A stretch of 25,814 nucleotides of DNA from Chloroflexota bacterium (GTDB lineage: Bacteria; Chloroflexota; Limnocylindria; Limnocylindrales; CSP1-4): contig JBDTQY010000055.1 of assembly GCA_039931955.1 (NCBI GenBank), positions 1 to 25,814 of the forward strand. Direction: 5' to 3'. Positions 25,423 to 25,814 of the stretch are shown one piece after another (position 1 is the stretch's first letter; each line of letters begins with the position of its first letter). The notes under the pieces were generated by a model. It was not told the origin of the DNA. It saw only the letters and a program-made list of their open reading frames with translations, and ran no database searches. The position numbers and the translations under genes were made by a program.

Positions 25423-25814
25423 GTGGACGCAATTGCGCGGTATTTCAAGTTCTCGGAGCGCGGCACCAGCCTCGCGACGGAGACTCGAGCCGGTCTGACC
25501 ACTTTCATGGTCATGGTCTATATCGTTTTCCTGAACGCGGGCATCCTTGGCGATGGGTTCGGCCTCGCGGCCGACGACCCCGGTCGGATCGCTCTCTCAG
25601 CGGCTACTGCCCTGGTCGCCGGCGTCATGACGATCGCCATGGGCGTGATCGGCAACTATCCGTTCGCCCTGGCCGCGGGCCTTGGCATCAACGCCATCGT
25701 CGCCTTTTCGCTGACCGCGCGTGGGCTCTCGCCTGCCGGCGCGATGGGCGTCATCGTCCTCGAGGGCCTCGTCGTCGTGATCCTGGTGGCCGTTGGCTTC
25801 CGGGAAGCGGTGAT
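25423..25814 (+). CDS. NCS2/AzgA-family nucleobase (guanine/hypoxanthine-type) permease, N-terminal part
   Basis: Not in the ORF track. Hand translation VDAIARYFKFSERGTSLATETRAGLTTFMVMVYIVFLNAGIL...NYPFALAAGLGINAIVAF; GGGAGG SD upstream; cut by the window end. Confidence 0.92.
   Translation, partial: MDAIARYFKFSERGTSLATETRAGLTTFMVMVYIVFLNAGILGDGFGLAADDPGRIALSAATALVAGVMTIAMGVIGNYPFALAAGLGINAIVAFSLTARGLSPAGAMGVIVLEGLVVVILVAVGFREAV

Overview
GC-rich bacterial chromosomal window. The lineage is not determined; protein style and promoter usage are compatible with Chloroflexota or Actinomycetota (inference). Left to right: a glycogen/trehalose block (glgX then treY, minus strand, treY cut by the window edge); a class II glutamine-amidotransferase-like Ntn hydrolase, an MFS transporter and a small membrane protein; a cyanophycin locus (cphB-cphA) facing a 32-aa membrane microprotein and a second CphA-derived protein that keeps a degenerate N domain and a full Mur-ligase-like M domain but lacks the ATP-grasp domain; a divergent M20 (carboxypeptidase G2-like) peptidase; azlC/azlD, a 7 x 15-bp tandem repeat, a small Cys-rich protein and a second MFS; DegV, glutamate dehydrogenase, an unknown 201-aa protein and a stand-alone Pta N-terminal (BioD-like + DRTGG) protein; a coaX-coaBC-panB-panC operon; an unknown 143-aa protein; and a structured leader before an NCS2/AzgA-type nucleobase permease (cut by the window edge). 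Several genes have a TAnnnT -10 hexamer 7-9 nt before the start codon and no Shine-Dalgarno, which suggests leaderless mRNAs. No mobile element, CRISPR array, tRNA or rRNA was recognised. The best novelty candidate is the extended cyanophycin locus with the ATP-grasp-less CphA paralog.
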